A stretch of 63,270 nt of DNA, the filler included. It is 5 parts of 5 records of this genome, joined end to end, with 100 filler letters (N's around TTAATTAATTAA, not from the genome) between each part and the next. Parts side by side here need not be neighbours in the genome. Positions count along the whole stretch, not along the records: positions 9,963 to 27,559 come from SRR20825010_176; 4 more parts are not named here. One strand, 5' to 3'. The notes beneath the pieces were generated by a model. It saw only the letters and a program-made list of their open reading frames with translations, was not told the DNA's origin and made no database searches. Below, in pieces: positions 10,270 to 19,099 of the stretch. The stretch's first letter is position 1, and each line of letters starts with the position of its first letter. Position numbers and translations under genes: made by a program.

Positions 10270-10459
10270 GGTCTCAGTCCTGTTTCTAAGGTTTGAGGTG
10301 CTCTTTTATGAAGCATAAAAGCGACTTCAGCGAGCCAGCGTCCGTTCAAAAAATAACCAGACCGCTGACATTGAGGGTTACTTTAGTGGCTTTGATTTTA
10401 TAATTGAAATTTATATTATCTATATTCGGCATTTTTTGTATGAATGAAGACATCTTCCC

Positions 10460-12406
10460 TCACGCATTGCAAAGAACAACGAGCCGATCAGCGCTATTCA
10501 GGTCAAGATACTCGTCCCGTGGCGGGCTCAGCGCCAGATGCCGCCCCAACGAGTCGGGCTGCGCGCGCCATATGCCCAGCGCCACTTCTCCTTCCGCAGC
10601 GACCGTTTTCTCCAGTACCTGAAAATCCGCGCTGGCAGGCAAAGGATAGTCCTGGGGATCCCGGAACTGCACCTCAGCACCGCCCACCGTAAACAGCTCA
10701 TCCAGCACCACCCTCAGCTCCCGCCGCAGGGCGACCTGAGCAAGCACGTGACTGATGATCATTGGGCTGATCAGCATTTCACTCTGGTGGCCCATTAACA
10801 GATTTCGATTGTCCGGGTCGCTCAGTTCCATGATCAGTTGGGGGCGCCTATCACCCTCACTCAACAGGTCTTCCAGTTGCAGGTAACCCACCATGGCACG
10901 GGCGTCAGCTTCCTCGCCGGACGCCAGACGATCACTGCTCAACAACATAATGGAGTCATAGTTGAGCGGCCCAACCCGCCTCAACTCGCCTTCCACCATG
11001 TAATCCGCTTCGATATGGCGGCAGATCACGTCCCGCTGCCCCCCCAGGTAACGGTCAATTTCCTGTTCCCGCTCCTTGGCAGGCACTACCGAAACGAGAT
11101 CCACCTCGAACCGCCGTTGGCTGTAGCTGGAAAACTCATCGATCAGGCTTGGCACCCGGCGATTCCATCCCAGCACAAGAATCCGGTGAACCCCGCCTGA
11201 AAGCGAGACAGCCCGGCTTGCGGGTTCACCTCGAGTGATAACCGGCAGCGGCGGCACCTTCGAATCCGACTCGGTTTCGGTGTAGTCCCTGGCCATCATG
11301 ACAACCCGGTCCCCGGCCTCAATCACCGTGTCTGACGACGCCGGCATCCTCACCATCCAGGCCTTGCCCGACCGCTTCAGAATACCCAGCACAATTGCCT
11401 GGGGCCGCAGAGAGGCCAATTCTCCGAGGGACAGTCCCGCCAGGGCATCGCCACCCCGGATGTAGATTTCACAACCCTCACCGGCGGTCAGAAGTTCGTT
11501 GTAAATTTCCGACAACCCCGGATGGAGGATGTTCTGCACCATTAGCCGGCTTATGGTGGCATCGCCGGCAACCACCTCCACCTCTCCGGGATAGGCACGC
11601 TCAATCACCGGGAGCTTGCGCACATCCTGTATCTCGGCAATGACAAAGGGCAGTGATGCCCCCAGGTGTCGTGCCTGAGCAGCAATGGACAGCAACGCCT
11701 TCACGGTCTCCACGTCCGATGTCACCAGGCTGCCCGCCTGATGGGAGGCACTGGGCACTATGACTGCCGCGGCATCCAGGCAGGCTACCCTCTGCAAGGC
11801 ATCCGGCTGAATGGCAGCGCCGGCACGGAGGATGATCTGGCGAGACTTGCGCCCGATACCGGGCTCGTCGCGCAACTCATGCACCTGGGCCGCCGAGGCG
11901 TGCTCGGACAGCACCACCAGGCGCAAGCGGTTGGTTTCACGTTTTTCCAGGAAACGGCGCATGCGCCCTGATGACCCCAGCAACTCGCCCAACAGCGGCA
12001 AGGTCTGGCTGGTCCAGCCCAGAACTACGATGTGATTTCTCAGCGTAACCGGGGTTAGCCCCCGCTCCAGGTCGGTCATCTTGGCGATCAACCAGCGCGT
12101 CAGGATAGCCACCAGCGTGCCCATGAAAACCACATAACCGCTGACGGTGAGAATGGTGGACACAAACCGCTGCCAGTTACCCACATCGTCTCCGAGATAG
12201 CCCGGGTCCGTCAGCCGCAAAAAAGCCCACCAGATGGCGTCGCCGACATCTTCAAAAGGCGTTCCGAGGGGGATCACCAGCAGCCCGCCAACAAGCGAAA
12301 TGATGCCTATAAAGACACCCACCACTAACAACTGAAAGCCCGCACCTTTTACAAGTTGGCGCTCAACGATGAACTTCACGCGGTCAACAAAACGAAAGGG
12401 GATCAT
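10460..12406 (-). CDS. CASTOR/POLLUX (DMI1)-related ion channel with RCK domains
   Basis: TM-pore-TM module (AIWWAFLRLTDPGYLGDD) followed by two Rossmann-like RCK domains (NHIVVLGW; RILVLGWN) and QPGLS-like HPGLSEIYNELL. Start at ATG 12406 after an AGGA RBS. Confidence 0.8.
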   Translation of the reverse strand: MIPFRFVDRVKFIVERQLVKGAGFQLLVVGVFIGIISLVGGLLVIPLGTPFEDVGDAIWWAFLRLTDPGYLGDDVGNWQRFVSTILTVSGYVVFMGTLVAILTRWLIAKMTDLERGLTPVTLRNHIVVLGWTSQTLPLLGELLGSSGRMRRFLEKRETNRLRLVVLSEHASAAQVHELRDEPGIGRKSRQIILRAGAAIQPDALQRVACLDAAAVIVPSASHQAGSLVTSDVETVKALLSIAAQARHLGASLPFVIAEIQDVRKLPVIERAYPGEVEVVAGDATISRLMVQNILHPGLSEIYNELLTAGEGCEIYIRGGDALAGLSLGELASLRPQAIVLGILKRSGKAWMVRMPASSDTVIEAGDRVVMMARDYTETESDSKVPPLPVITRGEPASRAVSLSGGVHRILVLGWNRRVPSLIDEFSSYSQRRFEVDLVSVVPAKEREQEIDRYLGGQRDVICRHIEADYMVEGELRRVGPLNYDSIMLLSSDRLASGEEADARAMVGYLQLEDLLSEGDRRPQLIMELSDPDNRNLLMGHQSEMLISPMIISHVLAQVALRRELRVVLDELFTVGGAEVQFRDPQDYPLPASADFQVLEKTVAAEGEVALGIWRAQPDSLGRHLALSPPRDEYLDLNSADRLVVLCNA

Positions 12407-12595
12407 GATCGTCCTTCTGGCAAGATGGGGAATGTCGGTAGCATAGCGCAGAACGTATGGAATAAAACCGGAGCGGTGCCTTATAGCACGCTCGTTCACG
12501 AACAATTGACTGGCTACGCAATCCGCAGCATCGTATAGATGTCTATCAAGTTCTCCAACGCGGCCCTGAGCGGCTGCAAGACTGGCCGGTTTTTC

Positions 12596-13591
12596 ATGTC
12601 CCATGCGCCGATCACATTGTCACTTGCTGTCATCCCGCTGATGACGGGCTGCTCCCTGCTGGCACCAACACCGGAACCGGCGCCACCACAAACCCACTAT
12701 CATGCCCCCGTGGTCGAGGCCGTATCCGGCACGGCGGTTTCCATACCGCAACTGGCCGAGCGACTTGCGGAACAGGATGTGGTCATGATTGGCGAATATC
12801 ACGGCCACCAGGGCGCTCACCTGCTCCAATCCCGCCTGCAGGCTCATCTGTACCAGCATCGCCCTGAACAGGTGTTATCCATGGAACAGTTCGAGGTGGA
12901 CCGGCAGCCGGTGCTGGACCGCTACCTGGCCGGCGACATTGGCGAAATGGAACTGGTCGAGGATGCCGGCGCCTGGCCTGTCTACCAATACGCCTACAGA
13001 CCGCTGGTGGAATTTGCCCGGCGCCAGGGCCTGCCGGTCATCGCCGCAAACGCACCGGGTGATATCGCTCGCTGCGTGGGACGCGAGGGGCCCAAGTATC
13101 TGGCGGACCTGAACGCAGCTCGGAAGCGCCACATCCCAGACGCGCCCTTCGCAGGCAGCGCGGCCTACCGGGAAAAATTCTTTGGCACCATGGGCGGCCG
13201 GCATGGCACCGCCGACAATGAGCGACTGCAGAACACTTATCACGCCCAGTTGCTGCGGGACAACACCATGGCAAGCCGGATACTGGCCGCACGGGAACGC
13301 CACCCCGAGCACCAGGTCATTCACCTGACGGGCACCTTTCACAGTGAGGAGCGCCTGGGCACGGTAGAGGCCCTTTTGCAGCGAAACCCCGAGCTGTCTG
13401 TAGCGGTTATAAGCCCGGTTTTTATGGAAGCACAGCCCGACGGTGACGAACTACCGCTCACCGGTAACCAAAACAAGGGTGACTATCTCTACTTCCTGCT
13501 TCCGCTGCCCCCGGAGTACCGGGACGAAGAACGGGGACACAAAGCGATGATGGATGCGTTCCGGAATATGCCTGAAACAACCTGTGACTAG
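12596..13591 (+). CDS. ChaN family (iron-regulated haem-binding) lipoprotein
   Basis: Lipobox LMTG-C; DVVMIGEYH, LSMEQF, YRPLVEFAR, QLLRDNTMA and GTFHS motifs. An upstream start at 12539 is also possible. Confidence 0.85.
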   Translation: MSHAPITLSLAVIPLMTGCSLLAPTPEPAPPQTHYHAPVVEAVSGTAVSIPQLAERLAEQDVVMIGEYHGHQGAHLLQSRLQAHLYQHRPEQVLSMEQFEVDRQPVLDRYLAGDIGEMELVEDAGAWPVYQYAYRPLVEFARRQGLPVIAANAPGDIARCVGREGPKYLADLNAARKRHIPDAPFAGSAAYREKFFGTMGGRHGTADNERLQNTYHAQLLRDNTMASRILAARERHPEHQVIHLTGTFHSEERLGTVEALLQRNPELSVAVISPVFMEAQPDGDELPLTGNQNKGDYLYFLLPLPPEYRDEERGHKAMMDAFRNMPETTCD

Positions 13592-14139
13592 GCCTCACCA
13601 GTCTTTGCGAAAGCCGACCCCATAGCGCGGGAAAAAACCGCCTCGTCCGCTGCGCTGAAAAGCACGAAGCGCACATACCTAACCCTTCCCAGACGCGGCA
13701 ATACCTGCCTGACCGTCGCCATGGCAACCTCTGCAGCCCCTTCTACCGGGTAACCGAAAGCCCCTGCCGAAATGGCGGGAAACGCTATGGATTCAATTGC
13801 TTTACTGTCTGCCAACTCAAGGGCATTGCGATAGCATTCCGCCAGCCAGTGATCGGAAGGTTCATCCACACCGTAAACGGGCCCCAGGCAGTGGACGACG
13901 TACTGGTTTGGCAGGTTATGCGCCCCTGAAATCACCGCCTCACCCGGGCGGATCGGTGCCATAGGCCGGCACTCTTCAGCCAGCCCTGGTCCTGCCGCCG
14001 CATGGAGCGCGCCTGCGACACCGCCCCCAGACATCAATTGGGCATTGGCGGCGTTAACGACTGCTTCCAGATCATCCTGGCGGGTGATGTCGCCACGAAC
14101 GCATTCCACAGTTTTTCCGTACAGTTCAACCTGTGCCAT
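13588..14139 (-). CDS. Macro domain protein (YmdB/MacroD-like O-acetyl-ADP-ribose deacetylase)
   Basis: GDIT, VVNAAN, GGGVAGA, VHCLGP and AFPAISAGAFGYP motifs. Confidence 0.92.
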   Translation of the reverse strand: MAQVELYGKTVECVRGDITRQDDLEAVVNAANAQLMSGGGVAGALHAAAGPGLAEECRPMAPIRPGEAVISGAHNLPNQYVVHCLGPVYGVDEPSDHWLAECYRNALELADSKAIESIAFPAISAGAFGYPVEGAAEVAMATVRQVLPRLGRVRYVRFVLFSAADEAVFSRAMGSAFAKTGEA

Positions 14140-14160
14140 GGAAACCTCCCGGCCATTGCC

Positions 14161-15144
14161 TCAGCGTCGCCGCTTCAGCGAGCGGTTGATAATAACGGTT
14201 TCCGGCTCGCCGTGACCTGCGATGGCAGCCAGCGCCCGGTCCAGCGTTGCCTCGGCAATGGCTTCGTGTTTTTGGGGTAACGAGTGAACCTTGACCGGCA
14301 GGAAATCCAGCAGCCGGTCATCTCCGAAGGTAGCCATTCTGAGGGACTGCGGCAAGCCTCCCGGCTGCTCCAGCAGCACGTCGAGCACCCCTTGCAAGAG
14401 GGTGTACGAGGCGGTAATCAACGCATCCGGAAGCCCCTGATCCGCCAGCACCTGCTGCATCAGTCGGGCGCCGGAGGCTCGGTCATAGTGTTCACCACTG
14501 TAGACCGCCCATTGTCCACTGCGACTCCGAGCCACCTCCTCAAAGCCCTCGCGGCGCTCCCGTGTCATCGCCAGCGCCGGCACCGCATCAAGCCAGACCA
14601 CCGACCCGGTGCCCGGCTCCAGCACTGAACGGGCCAGTGTGGCTGCGCCCTTGCGATTGTCGCTGACCACGCAACTGATCACACCCGGTGATTGCGATCG
14701 GTCCACCGCGATCACCGGCAGGTCTTCCTGCTGCAACTCTTGGTAGAAGGGGTCATTCGGTGGCAGGGCACTCGCAACAATCAGGGCATCGCATCGCCTT
14801 GCCTTGAGAGAACGTGCCAGCTCGCGCTCGGTATCCGGGTCATCCCCGGAGCCGGCAATCAGCAATTGATAGCCCCGGGCACGGGCACCCTGCTCCAGCA
14901 ATTTGGCCAGGCGGGCGTAACTGGCGTTCTCCAGGTCCGGCAGGATAAACCCCAGGGTGCGGCTGGCCCCACCACGCAGCGACGCGGCTTGCGGGTCGAT
15001 CTGGAAGTGGTTGTCCCGTGCAACTGCCATCACCTTTTCGATAGTCGCCGGCTTAATCCGGCGGGCCGGCCCCTGGCCATTGATCACGTAGCTGGCGGTG
15101 GTGCGGGACACCCCCGCCAGGCGGGCAAGTTCTGCAAGGGTCAT
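14161..15144 (-). CDS. cra: Catabolite repressor/activator Cra (FruR), LacI family
   Basis: LacI HTH TLAELARLAGVSRTTASYVING and PDLENASYARLAKLLE. Divergent from the fructose PTS operon. Confidence 0.93.
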   Translation of the reverse strand: MTLAELARLAGVSRTTASYVINGQGPARRIKPATIEKVMAVARDNHFQIDPQAASLRGGASRTLGFILPDLENASYARLAKLLEQGARARGYQLLIAGSGDDPDTERELARSLKARRCDALIVASALPPNDPFYQELQQEDLPVIAVDRSQSPGVISCVVSDNRKGAATLARSVLEPGTGSVVWLDAVPALAMTRERREGFEEVARSRSGQWAVYSGEHYDRASGARLMQQVLADQGLPDALITASYTLLQGVLDVLLEQPGGLPQSLRMATFGDDRLLDFLPVKVHSLPQKHEAIAEATLDRALAAIAGHGEPETVIINRSLKRRR

Positions 15145-15213
15145 GGGGCCGAGTCCTCCTGGGCACAGATTGCTTGATTTCTGATCATATCTGTTTCATG
15201 ATTCATTCTATGT

Positions 15214-15233
15214 TTGCTGACACGATTCAGCAA
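15214..15233. promoter_or_regulatory. Cra/FruR operator
   Basis: TTGCTGA-CACGAT-TCAGCAA inverted repeat, matching the Cra consensus GCTGAAnCGnTTCA, in the cra-fruB intergenic region. Confidence 0.85.
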
Positions 15234-15278
15234 CCCAGATTTTACTGGTATTCACAACAACAAGGCGAGGCTCCCCAC

Positions 15279-18107
15279 ATGCTGACGCTAACAGCCAATG
15301 ATATCCGCCTGGGCTGCACTGCAACCGACTGGCGGGATGCCCTGAACCAGGCCAGCCAGGAACTGCAGGATGCAGGCCGGACCACTCCCGACTACCACGC
15401 GGGCATGCTGGCCAGGGAGCAACAGTCCTCCACCGTCCTTGGCAACGGCATTGCCATCCCCCACGGCACACCGGAAAGCCGCGAGGCGGTCACCAGCACC
15501 GGCATCCGCGTGCTGCAGTTTCCCGGCGGCGTTACCTGGCATGACAACGCCACTGTGCATGTGTTGGTCGCCATTGCGGCCCAGTCGGATGAGCATCTGG
15601 ATATCCTGCGCCACCTGACCCGCGTACTGGACAAACCCGGCCTGTCGCAGAAACTGGCCGAGGCCGATGACACCGAGGCGCTGGTATCCCTATTGTCGAA
15701 GGAGCCAGTGGTGCCAAAATGCGACGCTCAGACCCTGTGCCTGGGCGTTAACACCCGGGCCACCAGCGAACTGGCCATCAGCGCTGCGGCCAGGCTGCAG
15801 GGGCTGGGCTGTGTCGACGCCGGCTTTATGAAGGAAATTGTCAGCCAGCCACCCGTCGGTCTGGGCCAGGGGTTTTGGCTGGTTCACCACAGCGTTGGCA
15901 GTATCCGACCTGCGCTGGCACTGGCAACCCCCAAAGAACCCCGCGACGACATCGCTGGCGTTTTCTGCCTGGCGGGCCCTGGCGACGACTGCCGCGAATT
16001 GCTGGAACGTATCGATAATTTCCTGGCCCAGAACATCCCTCTGGAAAGCCAGTCCGTGGATGCTGTACTTTCCCGGCTTTCCGGTGAGCAGGCCAATGCG
16101 GTCAGCGACCGGGTGCGCCTGCTGAATACCCATGGCCTACACGCCCGGCCCGCCAAACAACTGGTACAGGAAGCCCGTCAGCACAAGGCAGACATTCGCA
16201 TCCGCCTGGAGGACGGCGATGGCAACTCGGTATCGGCGACCAGTCTCACCCGGATCATCGGCCTCGGTGCCCGCAGGGGGCAAACCCTGATCATATCCGC
16301 AACCGGCGACGATGCGGAACAGGCGGTAGAAGCCGTTTGCCAGGCCATCAATGACGGGCTCGGAGAAACCGTCTCCCCGCTTCGACAACAACAGAGCCAG
16401 CCGGCGCCTGCCGAGCCGGAACCCGAACCTCTGACCGATGACGAACCCCTGAAAGCGGTCGCCGCCTCACCGGGCCTGGCTCTGGCACCCGCCTTCGTCA
16501 TGCGCCAGCCAACATTGGACTACCCCGCCACCGCCAACGATGCCGGTGAACAGACAAGCCGACTGGGCCGGGCCATCGACGAAGCCGACGGACAACTGCG
16601 CACGCTGATTCGCCAGGCCGAAGGCGGTGAGGCAGCGCCGATTCTGTCGGTGCATGTGGAAATGCTACAGGATGACGATCTCTACCAGGCCGCCCTGGAA
16701 GCCATTAACGAAGGCGCGTCCGCCGAAGCCGGCTGGTGGCACGCCATCGATACCGCAGCCCGGGCCCAGGAAGCACTGGCGGACCGGCTGCTGGCCGAAC
16801 GGGCGGCAGATTTGCGGGATGTTGGCCGGCGCGTGCTGGCCAACCTCTGCGGGGTGGCCATGCCGACACCGCCGGACGAACCCTATGTACTGGTGGCGGA
16901 CGACCTGGGCCCTTCCGATGTGGCAAGGCTGGACACCCAGCGCGTTCGCGGCCTGATCACAGCCCGTGGTGGCGCCACATCCCACAGCGCCATCCTGGCT
17001 CGGGCGCTGGGGCTTCCTGCCGTGGTCGGGGCTGGTGATCGAATCCTGACCATCAGCAACGGAACGGACCTGGTGGTCGACGGCGAACGCGGCTGCCTCG
17101 TGCCCAACCCCGGCGCCGAACGCCGTGACCGCATTGACCGCCGCCTGGACCAACTCACCCGCCTGCAGGCGGACGCCTACGAGTGCCGGAACGAGCCAGC
17201 CACCACCACCGACGGCCACACCATCGACGTATGCGCCAACCTTGGCAACACGGCCCACACCCCGGATGCCGTCGACCGGGGCGCCGATGGCATTGGTCTG
17301 CTGCGCACCGAGTTCATTTTCATGGAACACCCGGACGCGCCTGACCTGGACACCCAGGTGAAGGAGTATCGCCATGCCTTCGACGCCCTCAACGGCCTGC
17401 CACTGGTCGCACGCACCCTCGATGTGGGTGGCGACAAGCCACTGGATTACTGGCCCCTTCCCCATGAGGACAACCCCTTCCTTGGGCTGCGCGGTATTCG
17501 CCTGTCACTGACGCGACCGGAGATTCTCGAAACCCAGGTGCGCGCGCTGCTGACGGCTGCCGACAACCGCCCACTGCGAATCATGTTTCCCATGGTCAAA
17601 GACCTGGAAGAGTTTCGCGCGGCCAAGGCCATCGTCGAACGGGTCCGAGCCGAGATTCCCTGCCAGGGCCTGCAGGTGGGCGTGATGATTGAAGTACCTT
17701 CCTGTGCCCTGCTGGCCCACACCCTGGCACCGGAAGTGGATTTCTTCTCGGTAGGCACCAATGACCTCACCCAGTACACCCTGGCCATCGACCGTGGCCA
17801 CGGCCAGCTTTCGGCCGAGTCCGACGGGTTGCACCCCTCGGTACTGCAACTGATCCGCATGACCGTCGAAGCCGCCCATGCTCACCAACGCTGGGTGGGT
17901 ATCTGTGGCGAGCTCGCCTCCGACCCACAGGCTATTCCGGTATTGCTGGGCCTGGATGTGGACGAGCTGTCGGTGACCAGCCGGCGAGTGCCCCTGGTCA
18001 AAGCCTGTATCCGCGGGCTTAGCCGCGAACACGCCCGTGAACAGGCGAAACTGGCGCTGGGCAAGGCCACCGCAGCCGAAGTGCGCGACGCCCTGGAGAC
18101 ACTGTAA
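15279..18107 (+). CDS. fruB: Fructose PTS multiphosphoryl transfer protein (EIIA-EIIA'-HPr-EI)
   Basis: EIIA GIAIPHG, HPr GLHARPA, and EI TSHSAIL, GLLRTEF, RTLDVGGDK, NPFLGLRGIR, GTNDLTQY, GICGEL. Start at ATG 15279 after GAGG. Confidence 0.95.
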   Translation: MLTLTANDIRLGCTATDWRDALNQASQELQDAGRTTPDYHAGMLAREQQSSTVLGNGIAIPHGTPESREAVTSTGIRVLQFPGGVTWHDNATVHVLVAIAAQSDEHLDILRHLTRVLDKPGLSQKLAEADDTEALVSLLSKEPVVPKCDAQTLCLGVNTRATSELAISAAARLQGLGCVDAGFMKEIVSQPPVGLGQGFWLVHHSVGSIRPALALATPKEPRDDIAGVFCLAGPGDDCRELLERIDNFLAQNIPLESQSVDAVLSRLSGEQANAVSDRVRLLNTHGLHARPAKQLVQEARQHKADIRIRLEDGDGNSVSATSLTRIIGLGARRGQTLIISATGDDAEQAVEAVCQAINDGLGETVSPLRQQQSQPAPAEPEPEPLTDDEPLKAVAASPGLALAPAFVMRQPTLDYPATANDAGEQTSRLGRAIDEADGQLRTLIRQAEGGEAAPILSVHVEMLQDDDLYQAALEAINEGASAEAGWWHAIDTAARAQEALADRLLAERAADLRDVGRRVLANLCGVAMPTPPDEPYVLVADDLGPSDVARLDTQRVRGLITARGGATSHSAILARALGLPAVVGAGDRILTISNGTDLVVDGERGCLVPNPGAERRDRIDRRLDQLTRLQADAYECRNEPATTTDGHTIDVCANLGNTAHTPDAVDRGADGIGLLRTEFIFMEHPDAPDLDTQVKEYRHAFDALNGLPLVARTLDVGGDKPLDYWPLPHEDNPFLGLRGIRLSLTRPEILETQVRALLTAADNRPLRIMFPMVKDLEEFRAAKAIVERVRAEIPCQGLQVGVMIEVPSCALLAHTLAPEVDFFSVGTNDLTQYTLAIDRGHGQLSAESDGLHPSVLQLIRMTVEAAHAHQRWVGICGELASDPQAIPVLLGLDVDELSVTSRRVPLVKACIRGLSREHAREQAKLALGKATAAEVRDALETL

Positions 18108-19099
18108 TGGCCCGGGTACTCACCATCACCCTGAACCCGGCGCTGGACCTAAATGCCGAGACCGACTCAATCCGGCTGGGTAACGTGAACCGCTCTCGGT
18201 CCACACGCCTGGAAGCTGCCGGCAAAGGCATTAACCTGGGCCGTGTGCTGTCACGCCTCGGCCATACCGTGACCGTGTCCGGACTGCTGGGAGACATCAA
18301 CGCCGCGCCCTTCGACCGCCTGTTCTCGTCTGACATCCTGGCAGACCACTTTGTCCGCATCCCCGGGCAGAATCGCATCAACGTGAAAATTGCCGAGGGC
18401 GATGGTCGTGTGACCGATCTGAACGGGCCCGGATTTGACGTACCCGCAGATGCCCTGGACCGATTAAAGACACGCCTGGGTAACTTGAAGAACAGGTTCG
18501 ATGCCGTTGCCATTGCTGGCAGCCTGCCCGGCGGCTTTCCGCCCGAGGCACTGGCGGAACTGGTCACCCTGGCTCGCGAAGCAGACATCCCGGTGTGGCT
18601 GGATACCAGCGGCGCAGGCCTCACAGCCGGGCTTAAGGCGCTGCCAGACGGCATCAAGCCCAATACGGAAGAGCTGGCCGAATGGGCCGGGCACCCTTTG
18701 GAGAGCCTGGACGCCATCGCCGAGGCAGGTCGCTCACTTCAGGCCACCGGCATCGCCAATGTGGTGATTTCCATGGGCGAAAAAGGCGTGCTCTGGCTGT
18801 CGCCGAAGGGTAACTGGCAAGCGTTGCCACCGCCCGTGACCGCCACGAGCACGGTCTGCGCCGGCGACACTTTGCTGGCCGGAATGATTCACGGCTTGCT
18901 CGAACATCATCACCCGGAACAGGTGCTGTCAACCGCCACCGCGCTGTCGGCCGAGTGCGTTCGACACATTGGCGTTGGCGATCCAATGGCCGACGACTTT
19001 ATCCAACTGATTCAGCAAACCCGCGTCACTCTCTTCACCTCCTTCACCTCCGTCACCCCCTGGCCCGGGCACAACAACAATGGGGAGATACCATCATGA
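18107..19099 (+). CDS. fruK: 1-phosphofructokinase (PfkB family)
   Basis: TLNPALD, AGKGIN, KPNTEEL and STVCAGD motifs. Coupled to fruB by a TAATG overlap. Confidence 0.95.
   Translation: MARVLTITLNPALDLNAETDSIRLGNVNRSRSTRLEAAGKGINLGRVLSRLGHTVTVSGLLGDINAAPFDRLFSSDILADHFVRIPGQNRINVKIAEGDGRVTDLNGPGFDVPADALDRLKTRLGNLKNRFDAVAIAGSLPGGFPPEALAELVTLAREADIPVWLDTSGAGLTAGLKALPDGIKPNTEELAEWAGHPLESLDAIAEAGRSLQATGIANVVISMGEKGVLWLSPKGNWQALPPPVTATSTVCAGDTLLAGMIHGLLEHHHPEQVLSTATALSAECVRHIGVGDPMADDFIQLIQQTRVTLFTSFTSVTPWPGHNNNGEIPS

Noticed and set aside
10375..10445. AT-rich stretch upstream of aceA as an sRNA or foreign insertion
   Set aside because: Consistent with an ordinary promoter region. No structure or specific operator could be supported.
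12407..12604. Apparent head-to-head overlap of the channel and ChaN ORFs
   Set aside because: The overlap disappears when the RBS- and lipobox-supported starts (12406 and 12596) are used.
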